DNA from: Octopus vulgaris
Taxonomy: Eukaryota
Direction of reading: 5' to 3'
Assembly: GCA_951406725.2 (NCBI GenBank)
Contig: OX597817.1
Span: forward strand, 83,762,001-83,826,000
Length of the DNA: 64,000 nt
Below, piece after piece: positions 12,569-25,780 of this stretch. Within the stretch, counting starts at the first letter, position 1. Each line of letters begins with the position of its first letter. The notes under the pieces were generated by a model that had not been told where the DNA came from, searched no databases, and saw nothing but the letters and a program-made list of their open reading frames with translations. The position numbers and the translations under genes are program-made.

Positions 12569-15500
12569 AATTCCGCCGAGGTCAACTTTGCCTTTCATCC
12601 TTTCGGGGTCGATAAATAAAGTACCAGTTTCGCACTAGGGGCGATATAATCGACTTAATACCTATGTCTGTCCTTGTTTGTCCTCTCTGTGTTTAGCCCC
12701 TTGTGGGTAATAAAGAAATAGGTATGTATGCTTGCATGCATTAATCAATTAAGCAGAAATGAGTTAAGAGAATCCAGCATGGTCAGTGGTTTGTATATAA
12801 ACAACATAGGCAAAGACAGGTATATTAGATACCATAGAACATAAATTTTTTATTTGTTAAAGCTATCTCTGTCTCTTGTGTATATGGTACAAGTACCAAA
12901 TGACAGCGAAGACTAGCTCCATATGAGAAGGGCAGAAAATCTCAAGATTTTCATTAAGGAAAGAAACAGTCTTATTATCTGGTGATAATAAGTCAGTCAT
13001 GGACACATGTTTCTGTCTCATTTAGTATCAGATGTATATGTACATATATGCAAAAAGTTAAAGTAGCCTCCACAAATCACACATCACCCTCATTCTCTCG
13101 TTAGACCTATGTATAAGAAACTGCAGTAACACATCCTCATGTCTCTATAATCCCTTCTCTCTTGTGCATCTCCTTTACTTTTACCCTGTTTATGCTTCTC
13201 TACTACCAGCCATCACACTTTCCAAACCTTCTAAGCCACTTCTATTGTGACCAATCCCCTATGAGTTCTTTGTGTGTGGGGAATTTACATCCAAATTTTA
13301 AACTATTTACCAATGTCCAGTAAATATGACAGAACAAGAAAAATATAAAGGAACTTTTTTTTTTTTTTTTTTTTTGTACTTGTTTCAGTCATTTTGACTG
13401 CGGCCATGCTGGAGCACCGCCTTTAGAGTGGTGAAAGAGTACAGCAGGGATCACCACCTCCTGCCGGAGCCTCGTGGAGCTTTTAGGTGTTTTTTTCGCT
13501 CAATAAACACACACAACGCCCGGTCTGGGAATCGAAACCGCGATCCTCCGACCGCAAGTCCGCTGCCCTAACCACTAGGCCATTGCGCCTCCACTTACTT
13601 TTTTTTTTTGAGAAATATAACCAAATTTTATTCAATAATCAATTATGACACTTATATTTAATTCAAATATCAACATTTTTGGAAAATATATGCTCCATTT
13701 CACATTAAATATTTAAAGTACATAGCGTGACCTCTCTTGTTGTCTAGTATATTTATAAAAAAATTAGGTCACTAACGGAGATATCAATAATGTAGATATC
13801 TTAGTGTATTCATAATGTTGCTACCCCGCCGTCATTGTGCTGTAGTATATCTGTCTGTCTTAACTCAAGGCTTAAAGCCAGTCATTATTTTGAAACAATT
13901 TGATTTTAATAATTCACTTAGAAATAATTTAATTCAGTAAAATACAAACAAAACTGTGTTTTCACTCTTCATGACACACATATATATATATATATATATA
14001 CATACATACATATATATATATATATATGAATGTGTTTGTTTTATGCATATATATCTGTATTTGTTGTGCATCTAAATTTTGTATGGCTCTTACTCTATCT
14101 TTTATTCTCACTCCCCCTCTCACATTTCTTGGCCCTCTCTTTCTTTAACAACTCCCACTATTTCCCACTCGTTTATCTCCCCTGTACTTTTCTCTTTGTT
14201 TCTGATTTTTTTTCTAATCCTTCAATCTTTACCCATCTTTCCTCCTTCCAGGTGACTGGTGTCCAGCCAGCCATGATCTTTCTTTCTTGGCCTGACTGCT
14301 GACCGCCAACACCTCATGTCCAACTCCCATGTTCCTGCCTTTAGGTTTTCACTCCATACACACCAGCTCAATTTGGTTCATTCTCAGTTGAAAGACACCT
14401 TGTTGTTTGTATTCTTGTTGTTTGTATTCATAATTATGTACCATGTTCCCCATTTTGTTTGTTTGTTTGTTTTTTTATCTTTGTTGCCATACACATTCAC
14501 TAGCTTTCTTACAAAGGGGTCTAATGCTCTTAGCTTAGACTTTTTTGGGGGCGACCAAATCAAACCATCTCAAGTGTAACTGCCCAAAATAGCTGTGACT
14601 TCTGGGACTTGACTGATGAAAGAAAGCCAAGAAAGACCCACCTTTTTTGCCTGTCCTTCTAATTGTTGTTTTTCTTGTCTGCCTTTGTACTGTCTATCTG
14701 TCCAAACGTTTTAATGCCCTCTATTGCATTTTTGTTCCATTTATATATATATAAATATATATACACATCATCGTTTAACGTCTGTTTTCCAATCTGGCAT
14801 GGGTTGGATGGCTTGACTGAGGTCTGGAGAGCCAGTGGCTGCACCAGGCTCCAATCTGATCTGGCAATGTTTCTACAGCTTGATGCACTTCCTAATGTCA
14901 ACCACTCCGAGAGTGTGGTGGATGCTTTTTTACGTGTCACCGACACAGGAGCCAGTTAGGTGGGCCTGGCATCTATCACATTCAGATAGTGCTTTTTACG
15001 TGCCACCAGCATGAGGGCCAGTCAGTGGATATGGGCATCGGCCACATTCAGGTGGTGCTTTTTATGTGCAACCAGCACAGGAGTTAGTCAGGGGGTACTG
15101 GCATCAGCCACGTTTGGATTGGTGCTTTTTATGTGCCACCAGCACAAGAGCCAGTCAGGTGGACCTGGCATCGACCACGTTCAGATGGTGCTTTTATGTG
15201 TCAGCAGCATGGGAGCCAGCCAGGGGACACTGGTGACACCTATGATATTGGTTTTACTTGACTCAACAGGCCTTCTCAAGCATGTCATACTGCCCGAGAG
15301 TCAATGTTTATTACTGGACATCAGCCTGCAATGGTCGAGAAACAGCAACAGCAGTTAGATGGAAAATAGTGCATGGACATCAGGAAATCAACTGCGTAGT
15401 GTACAGGAAATCAACCACATAGTGGACAAGGTATCAGTTGTGTGATGGGGGGAGCGTATATGTACATGTTTATGCCCATTTATCTGTGTGTATACATATA

Positions 15501-16996
15501 TATGCATATACATACAAATTGGTGTGTGTGGTTCTGTATGTATGTGCGTGTGTGTGTGTGTATATGTATATATATATTCATACACACATGCATATACATA
15601 CATACATACTTACACAGACCCATATATGTGTATGTGTATATATTATCCTCATCATTTAATATCCTTTTCCCACAGCATGAGTTGAATGGTTCAGCATGAA
15701 CTGATGAATCAGAGGACCATGCCAAACTCCAGCTTCTGCTTCAGCATGGTTTCTGCAGCTAAATACACTTCCTAATGCCAACCTCTTCACAGAGTGTTTT
15801 CTGGCATCAGTGTTGGTGAGATCACTTGCAAGACAAGACATCTCAACTGAATGTGGCATTGTATTGAGAGATATGAAAGTATGATAGAGTAGTGACAGGA
15901 ACAAATTTCTCACTGAACTGTTGAAACATGGCTTCCCCATCTAGAGAAGGAGAGAGAGAGAAAATGTAAGGTCAATGTACAAGGGGAATATGAGCGAGAG
16001 TGAGTGGGGTAGGATAGATGAACAGAAGGGTGGGTAGATAAGTTTGCTAGAGTGAAAAGAATGTGACAGATGAGCAACCCTTTTACATTCAAACCAACCA
16101 TGTCACGCCCAAATACTATACTTGTTTTATGTTCAGACTGACCAAATCTAGCATCTCATGCCTACCCTACAATGTCATACAATAAACAATCAAACATATC
16201 TATTTTAGATACGTTTTGATTGGTCGAGAATGATCATGAGATCCGGTTCAGAAATTTTTGCAAGGTATCCACTATGTCCTTTCTTTAATGCCATGTGACA
16301 GTATGTTTGGTGTTGTTCCTTAAAACTGTCACGGTTGAGTGAACATGTCTAGTGACAATCCCTAGCAGTCAGAGCTGTCTCAAATTTATCTTAGATGTAG
16401 TAGAGGAAGATTTAGGGATCATTAGTAATCTTAGAAATTTTTGTAGGTAGGTAAAAAGCACCAACCTATTGTGGCCGTTTGCCAGCCTCCTCTGGTCCCT
16501 GTGCCGGTGGCATGTAAAAAGCACCCACTACACTCACGGAGTAGTTGGCGTTAGGAAGGGCATCCAGCTGTGGAAAAACAGACGTTAAACGATGATGATG
16601 ATGAGTGACAGTCTCAAAATAAGGTTCTCTAAATTTTATCTATCAAGTAGTAGAGTGAAGAGGAATTGTTTCCATGTAGTCCAGTGGTTGAATAGTTATG
16701 GTTTGTGTGTATGCATGCAGGCATTAAATTTACCTATTAAATGTTTTTATTTAAATGAATCTTGGTGCATTTTCAACTTCTTTATTCTATATTTCTAACC
16801 ATGTAGAACACACTTTGGTTTTGAAAATTATATATACTGCATAAAAAGAGCATGAAAGCGTCTTTTAAAATACATGGTATATTTTATAAATATGCCTCTT
16901 CAAGTGTCATAATAGAATGAAACTAATAGTAGCTCTTTTGGTTGTGTATTTATCTTGATACACACACACACACGCATATAGGTAGATATAGATATA

Positions 16997-17370
16997 GGCG
17001 CAGGAGTGACTATGTGGTGAGCAGCTTCCTTACCAAACACATGGTTCTGGGCTCAGTCCCACTGCGTGGTATCTTGGGCAAGTGTCTTCTACTATAGCCT
17101 CGGGCCAACCAAAGGCTTCTGAGTGGATTTGGTAGACGGAAACTGAAAGAAGCCCGTGGTATATATGTATATATATATGTGTGCGTATGTTTGTGTGTCT
17201 ATGTTTGCCCCCTATCATTGCTTGACAACCGATGCTGGTGTGTTTATGTCCCCATCATTTAGCGGTTCAGCAAAAGAGAACAATAGAATAAGTCCTCGGG
17301 GTCAATTTGCTCAACTAAAGGCGGTGCTCCAGCATGGCCGCAGTCCAATGACTGAAACAAGTAAAAGAAT
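16997..17370 (+). mobile_element. tRNA-derived SINE with internal TA/TG microsatellite
   Basis: A- and B-box-like head; many copies in the window. Confidence 0.85.
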
Positions 17371-17400
17371 ATAAGAGAGAGTAATATAGATATAGATATA

Positions 17401-17815
17401 TCTCTATATCTATAAACGGCAAAATGTCAGTGTATCTGTGTGTCAGTGTGTCCTTTATAAAAATCCACAGTTTTTCACGTAAAAGGCTCGCATTTTCTAT
17501 GGGCTTTCAAAACTGTCTGAGGGTGGTTGTGAAGATCTTTTCATTTCCCCACTCACCCCAGAAAGCCATTAAAAAAAATCGATAAACTAACCGCTTATGC
17601 CCATAAGTTATTGGCATATGGACATTGGCGAAATCCAATGAATATCAATTACTCACATAAAAAGCTCCAACTAGCTCATAAACAACAAAACTGGCCTGGG
17701 TTGAAATGTGATAAGAAACTTAGCTCTTGATTTAGTGAGAAATTTTTACTGCGACCCGGCAACGAACAACAAGCACTATTCACTAGACCTGGCAACACCG
17801 GATCATAATGTTAGT
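17401..17815 (+). mobile_element. Non-autonomous Helitron-like element
   Basis: 5' TC(tctatatctataaa), GT-rich tract, and a 3' GC hairpin (cctggcaacaccgga) ~10 nt before a TTAGT (CTAG-like) end. Confidence 0.55.
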
Positions 17816-19974
17816 ATATAATAAATGAAAAATGCATTGTAAATAAATGACAGCTAAAAAACTTATATGTATTCTGAGTGTACAACCTGACAGGAGACAG
17901 ACACAGAAGGTCCCAAATTTTTCATCAGTCCTCAACATTGGACTCTTCATTCGCATAATCACTGAACCTAGAGCTTAACTATAGTCTGTCCATAGCGCTT
18001 ACTCAGCATTATCTGACACCTTTGGGCTTTCTTGACACCATTACCTCTCATATATATTATATATATTATGTATATACATGGTTACAAGGTAACCTTCTTA
18101 ACCACACAGCCATGCCCACTTTTAAAACAAAAGTATACCAGGCAAATACATTAGGGTATGTACATTACTGGCAACAAAATGACAGAATCATTAGAACATA
18201 AGAAATAAATGCACAGAGGTGTTGTTTTTGACTCTTTATGTTCTGTAGTTGAATCTTGCTATGATCAACTTTGCCTTTCAACCTTAATGGGTTGATAAAA
18301 TAAAGTATCAACTTAGCTCCTAACCATAACTCTTTAGCATTTAAATCAACATTATCCAGCCAAAATATTCTACATTCTTTTTGTTCAAACTCGTCAGATC
18401 CAGCCTCTCACACCTACTCTTCAATGTATCATTCTCAAATTAAACAATCACATCACTGAAATTTCAAAGCTATGAGATAATACATGATTAATTTAATGCA
18501 ATGTGAGTAAATAAGCATTTCATTTGACAAAGTAATCAGAAAGCTAAAAGATTAAGATTGCTACCTTTGTGTTTAAATTAGATGTGATTATTAACACTTT
18601 GCAGTTTTCATTTAAAATTCTTCAGTGTTTGACATTGTTGCCACTTTGGGTAGAGGGTTATAGTATAAGTACCAGCTATATATAGGTGATTATAGGCACT
18701 CTGTTGGTTATGATGGCATGAGTTCCAGTTGATCCAATCAATGTACTCATGAAATTAACGTGCAAGTGGCTGAGCACTCCACAAACATGTGTACCCTTAA
18801 CGTAGTCCTGAGAGAGATTCAGTGTGACACATGTGTGAGAAGACTGGCCTTTTCAAACACAGGTACTACTCATTTTTGCCAGCTGAATGGACTGGAGCAA
18901 TGTGAAATCTTGCTCAAGAACACAATGCATCACCAGGGATCAAACTCACCAGCTTATGATTGTAAGCCAAACACCCTAACTGCTAAACCACATGCCTTCA
19001 TATACAGGTGATAGTTTGATAAAATATATCTCTCCAATGAAAAACAAATTTGTTTTGCATCTTGTGAAAAATACACCTATGAAGAAATTCTAATCATACA
19101 ACAACAACTAAGTAATTGTATTTCTTGTGTGTAGGTTGGCATTTGAAATAGCCTAAATTAATTTCCTATTAACACTTGCATACCTGATCATGATTCTACT
19201 AATATATTAAAGCTGAGCAATAGCTGATATGTATATATCTATTATTTTTAATATCATCATTGTTAAGGTGGCAAGTCGGCAGAATCATTAGCATGCTGAG
19301 AAAAATACTTAGTAGCATTTTGCCTGTCTTTATGTTCTGAGTTAAAAATCCACTGAGTTTGACTATGTATTTCATCCTTTCAGGGGTTGATAAAATAAGT
19401 ACCAGTTTAGTACTGAGTAGGGGATGGGGGTCAATGAAATCGACTGACCCATCTCCTGAACTCGCTGGCCTTGTACCAAAATTTGAAAACGGAATAATTT
19501 AGCTACAAGCTACTTTTTATTGCATATAATAATAGTCATGAAGAATTTAGATTTTTTTAACGTCATGGGTGCATTTCTGAATTTAGGCTTTTTTTATAAA
19601 AAAAATTTAATACAAACTATATAAATAAATAAAGATTCCAATAACTGTTCTTTTCAGGTGGGGATGGCATATAATTTATAAAATGTCATAAGCAATATTT
19701 AACCAATACGTTAATAGCATTAAAAAGTTTACAGTTCTTTACATTTTCAAAATGTAGAATTAGGGGTATGGCTGTGTGAAGGTTAGGGGATGATCACATA
19801 CTTTTTAAAATTTGTTTATTTATTTCTCACACCAAACAATATGTGGAATCAAAATATATAATTTCAACCCCACCCTAATAGATATATATATATGTATATA
19901 TATGTGACCGCGTGTGTACCGTTGGCGATTTTTTTTCCTCCGTCTTCCCTTCTTTAGATCTTTCCTTTTCCTAT

Positions 19975-20009
19975 GTTTCTGACGAAGAGCTCCGCTCGAA
20001 ACGTTAAAC
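19975..20009 (+). ncRNA. Minimal type I hammerhead ribozyme motif (PLE-type)
   Basis: gttt CUGACGA A gagc-ucc-gcuc GAA ACGU U aaac; palindromic stem III. Confidence 0.75.
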
Positions 20010-20149
20010 CCTCCTTCTTTCCTGAGCATCCAATAACACTAAACTTGTTCCACGTCCTCGTGTTGTTGTGTTTTCTCTTTGTGTTTTCATATATATTTAT
20101 ATATATATATGTATATATATATATATTTATTTATATATATATATATAAA

Positions 20150-20212
<63 letters not shown>

Positions 20213-20263
20213 TCATTTATATATATATATATATATGTATTTATTTATATATATATATATCTA

Positions 20264-20321
<58 letters not shown>

Positions 20322-20331
20322 TATATATATA

Positions 20332-20975
20332 TCATCATGCATAATCATTTTCATTTAGCGTCTGCTTTCCATGCTAGCATAGGTTGGACGGTTCAACTGG
20401 GGTCTGGGAAGCCAGCAGGCTGCATCAGGCCTAGTCTGATCTGGCACTGTTTTTACGGCTGGATGCCCTTCCTAATGTCAACCACTCCGTGAGTGTAGTG
20501 GGTGCTTTTTACGTGCCACCCGCACAGGTGCCAGACAGGGCTGGCAAACGGCCACGGACGGATGGTGGTTTTTACGTGCCACCGGCACGGAGGCCAGTCG
20601 GGGCGGCGCTGGCAACAGCCACGATCGGATGGTTCGCTTACTTGTCACCGGCACTGGTATCACAGCTTCAATTTCCATTAACGTTGATCGACTTTGATTT
20701 TGGTTCTGCTTTCTGATATCTGATTTGATTTGATTTGATTTCCACTTGCCTCAACGGGTCTTCACAAGTGGAGTTTTGTGTCCCAAGAAGGAAAGGTATG
20801 TATAAGTTGACTGGCTACATACCAGGTAGAGGCCACGGGTTATGGTCTCACTAGTCCTGCCAGGTCTTCTCACGCACAGCATACTTCCATAGGTCTCGGT
20901 CTCTAGTCATTTCCTTGGTGAGACCTAAAGTTCGAAGGTTGTGCTTCACAACCTCATCCCAGGTTTTCCTGGGTC
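20332..20975 (-). mobile_element. RTE 3' fragment (end of ORF + 3'UTR)
   Basis: Reverse complement of ~5630-6360. Confidence 0.88.
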
Positions 20976-20994
20976 AAAATTAGAAAAACCAAGC

Positions 20995-21065
20995 CTCCCC
21001 GGCGGAGAATCCAACCCCGGTCTCCCACGTGACAGTCAGGGATACTTACCACTATACTACCAGGA
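20995..21065 (-). pseudogene. tRNA-Asp(GTC) pseudogene
   Basis: Minus strand TCCTGGTAGTATAGTGGTAAGTATCCCTGACTGTCACGTGGGAGACCGGGGTTGGATTCTCCGCCGGGGAG. Aligns to metazoan tRNA-Asp with a 1-nt acceptor deletion and T-arm and anticodon-stem mutations. Confidence 0.88.
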
Positions 21066-21069
21066 TGAC

Positions 21070-21382
<313 letters not shown>

Positions 21383-21486
21383 TCATGGGCCAACAGGTTT
21401 CAGGATCTGTCAATACACTATGAAGCTAAACCTTTTATGGATGAGAAATCTAAGGTTATCCCATAAACCGGCCTTCCCCATTTTTT

Positions 21487-21521
<35 letters not shown>

Positions 21522-21663
21522 GGTGGGGTTGAAATTTTATATTCTAATTCCACATATTGTTTGGCGTTCATTTGTACTGCTCTACACCTTAGAGTGTGCT
21601 TCTTTTTTCTGATTTATGTTTTATACAAATGATATGTAAAGATATATATATAGAGAGAGAGAG

Positions 21664-21829
21664 GTGCAGGCATGGCTGTGTGGTAAAAAGCTTGCTTCTC
21701 AACCACATGGTTATGGATTAAGCCTCACTACATGACAACATGGGCAAGTGTCTTCTACTATAGCCTCGGTCAGACCAAAGCCTTTTGAGTGGATTTGGTA
21801 GATGGAAACTGAAAGGAGCTTGTCATATT

Positions 21830-21867
<38 letters not shown>

Positions 21868-22065
21868 CTTTGTGTATGTGTTTGTCACCCACATCTGCTT
21901 AACAACCAGTATTGGTGTGTGTATATCCCTATAACTTAGCAGTTTGGCCATAGAGACTGATAGAATAAGTACTAGGCATAAAAAAGTAAATCCTGGGGTC
22001 AATTTGTATGACTAAAGCCCTTCGAGGTAGTCCCCTTGCATAGCCACAGTCAAATGACTAAAAGA
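21664..22065 (+). mobile_element. tRNA-derived SINE, same family
   Basis: Collinear with the 16997 copy. Confidence 0.8.
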
Positions 22066-22329
22066 AATGATGTGAGAGAGTGTGTGTATGTATGTGCATT
22101 GTGTCATTGTATACATTGTTCTATGTAGCAATATTTGTGTATTTGCTTGTTCATTTCCATTCTTCCATGGAAACCATATCTAGTTATAAGAAATATTACC
22201 TTACTTGAAAACTGGATAGAGTTGGTAACAGGAAGTGTATATGACCATAAAAAAATCTACCTGAACAAATTTTGTCTGACCCATGCAAGCATGGAAAAGT
22301 GAACATCAAATAATGATCACACGCACAAA

Positions 22330-22384
<55 letters not shown>

Positions 22385-22825
22385 ACACACACCATATCTC
22401 CCTGATGTGTGAACATATTTATAAGTAGTTATACAAAGTAGTCTTGAATAAAATATATGTTTGTACAGTGATATTTGATACATTTGTATACACTAAAACA
22501 TGGTAAGAGCTGTCACTACCAAATTATCTTTGGGAAAATTTCTCCTCTTAGGCAACGTGTGTGAAGATATGGTCAGCTATGGTTGATGTCATCAGATTGT
22601 GAGATACATGTATTTTTGGACTCTTACACATCATCAGCCATGAATGCAGAATTTGTCATTCACATTCCTGTCAGAATGAAGTGTCACAGATAAGAACAGC
22701 AAACATTCAGTTTGCTGGCATATGTAAAGTTTGATCAAGCTCAAATTAAATAAATGGACTTGCATAAAGCAGTATTGAATAAAATATGTGCAATGGTATT
22801 TAACACAAATTATTTCCATAATATA

Positions 22826-22992
22826 GGCGTAGGAGTGGCTGTGTGGTAAGTAGCTTGCTTACGAACCGCATGCTGAACTGGGTTCAGTCCCATTGCGTGG
22901 CACCTTGGGCAAGTGTCTTCTCCTATAGCCTCGGGCTGACCAAAGCCTTGTGAGTGGATGAGTGGATTTGGTAGACAGAAACTGAACAAAGC

Positions 22993-23063
<71 letters not shown>

Positions 23064-23265
23064 ATATGTTTGTGTGTCTGTGTTTGTTCCCCCAACTTCG
23101 CTTGACAACCGATGCTGGTGTGTTTGCGTCCCCATAACTTAACAGTTCGGCAAAAGAGACTTTGTAGGCTTACAAAGAATAAGCCCTGGGGTTGATTTGC
23201 TCGACTAAAGACGGTACTCCAGCATGGCCACAGTCACATGACTGAAACAAATAAAAGAGTAAAGA
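22826..23265 (+). mobile_element. tRNA-derived SINE, same family
   Basis: Collinear with the 16997 copy. Confidence 0.85.
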
Positions 23266-23684
23266 GTATAATGAAAGGTATTATGAATTTTAGGTGTACA
23301 CACATGTAAAGAATGCTGTAAATAACTGTTTAATTAAACTATTGATGTGGAAATAATCTCCATTCTCCTGATCATTATTAATAGTACATATATATGTGTG
23401 TGAGTGTGTGTGTTTGTGTGTAAACCTCAAACTCTCTCCTTTACCAAACATTAAGCTAATACATTCCTTGAGCAAGTCCTCTTGTCTGTTAATTTTATTA
23501 TCCATTTATTTGAATTGACTATGTATGTATGAAAAAGAGAATAAAAAAGCAAAACATATGGTATTACATTAGATCATTTAATTTATAATTTAAACATGGT
23601 ACAGAGAAGTTATAGTCAATACATAAAGTGTCGTGCAGCTGTAAGAGGCTTTACCCATTTAAAGTGACACTGCATATTTTGCTT

Positions 23685-24070
23685 TACTCATTTACTTGTT
23701 TCAGTCATTTGACTGTGGACATGCTGGAGCACCGCCTTTAGTCAAGCAAATCGCCCCCAGGACTTATTCTTTGTAAGCCTAGTACTTATTCTACCAGTCT
23801 CTTTTGCTGAACTGCTAAGTTACAGGGACATAAACACACCAGCATCGGTTGTCAAGCGATATTGGTGGACAAACACAAGCACACAAACATATATACACAT
23901 ACATATATATATGATGGGCTTCTTTCAGTTTCCGTCTACCAAATCCATTCACATGGCTTTGGTTGGCCCGAGGCTATAGTAAAGACACTTGCTCAAGGTG
24001 CCACACAGTGGGACTGAACCCGGAACCATGTGGTTCGTAAGCAAGCTACTTACCACACAGCCACTCCTAC
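23685..24070 (-). mobile_element. tRNA-derived SINE, same family, inverted
   Basis: Reverse complement of 22826-23265. Confidence 0.85.
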
Positions 24071-25285
24071 ACCTATATTCACTATTTCTAATATACATCT
24101 ACTCGCTCAACAACGGGCCAGTTCTAACCATCTGTGATAGGCACCCTCAACACCAACTCTTTTCCTGTTGCAGTTCAACTTAGAGTTTCAGTGGTTAACC
24201 AAACTGAGTACTTATTGTACATACCTATTTCATTATGCCATTAGATGAAAATCTTTATATGTATCTATCTCATTCTCACTCATTTGCTCTCTTTCTCTTT
24301 CTGTATACACACACACACACACATGTATATGTATAAGGATAATAGTTTTAAAATTAAATAGAATCTGAATATTATTCAGATGACAGTTGGGTTTTTTTAT
24401 TTGTTGCTGTTTTATATTTTCATTTCAAGATACAAGATTAGAGTGAGCGGAAACTGATTCTGGTCTTTGTTAGCAAAATAGTAATGTATAAAGTTCATAA
24501 ATAAATCTTACACCTTGAAGACGGTGTCTAATGCTTCAGGCAGAAGTTATTGTTGGAGTAAGAGATGTGTTTACTTGTGTCTACATAAACAAGTAAACAC
24601 AATCCTCTCTGACAAAACTTTGGTAGATGTTTTAGTGTTTAAATTTTTCTTATAGTAGCAAATTGATTCCAGTGTCTGTGTGGTTAAGAATTTCTCTTTC
24701 CAATCATATGATTTGCAGTTCAGTCCCACTGCATACCATCTTGCACATGTCTTTTGTTATGGCTGGCTGCAAGGTTGATCAAAACCTTGGGAGTGGATTT
24801 AGTAGGTAAAAACTGAAAAATGCATGCTGATATTTTTTTTTATCTGTTATTGTTTACTTGTTTCAGTTACTGGACTATGAGTATGTAAGAGCATTGACTA
24901 TATGCGTGCATGTGTGTAAGGAAAGAGAGAGAGTTTGAATTTCTCAAGTCTGAACATGTGTTTGCTTGCTGTCTGCAAACTATGACTTTATTAATGGTGT
25001 TATTTGCTTCCAATTCACAAGTGCATATTCAGGTTACTGGACAGGTCTTGACATGTTGCATGATTTCTGTGAACAAAAGACTCATTTTATTGTTGCTTGT
25101 TTCCAGTTCTCCATATAATCACGTCTCCGCTATTTATTGATCAATAAACTTGGAGATTATTACCTCGCTTGGAAGCAGATGAGGATATGGTGATGGAAAA
25201 GGGCATCTGGCTATAGAAAATATGAAAATCCTACCCCAATGTAATCTTGTCTGACACATGCAAACATGGCTAAGTAGATAACTTC

Positions 25286-25780
25286 TGTATTTAAGAGATG
25301 AGGAATTATGTACATTATTTACATTAGACAGATATTTGTCTTCATATTGTTTGTTGTTAACACAACGTTTCAGCTGATATACCCTCCAGCCTTCTTCAGG
25401 TGTCTTGGGGAAATTTCGAACCTGGGTTCTCATTCCTAAAGTATTTTTCAATGTTGTTGCTTTTACTGTTGTTGTTCAGGTCACTGTTTGGAATCGAACT
25501 TGGCATCTTAGAGTTAGTAGCCTGCACTCTTAACCACTACACCACATGCCTGTGGGTAATTATGGAGTGAATTTAGGGCTTCAAAATCTAATATTTTTCT
25601 ATCCTTCCTTAATACCAGTAACCATATGCTGCTCATATATGCACTCGGTCTGCTTAGGAGGTTGTTGTGTCCTAGGATATGTGCTGCTTCTTTTAGTTTT
25701 CGTATTTTCCAGTGGTGTTCTCTGTCTATTATTTTAGCTTCATCCCACAGGAGGAGGTGGTCTCCATTTTCCATACATGA
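25286..25780 (-). mobile_element. Penelope-like 3' fragment: GIY-YIG C-terminus + tRNA-like segment + hammerhead
   Basis: ORF 25514-25774 WDEAKIIDREHHWKIRKLKEAAHI is a GIY-YIG C-terminal signature; minimal HHR downstream. Confidence 0.75.
25360..25403 (-). ncRNA. Minimal type I hammerhead ribozyme motif
   Basis: acac CUGAAGA A ggcug-loop-cagcu GAA ACGU U gugu. Confidence 0.8.

Noticed and set aside
20995-21065. Functional tRNA-Asp gene
   Set aside because: Acceptor-stem deletion, TTC to TTG in the T-loop/B box, and anticodon-stem mismatches.
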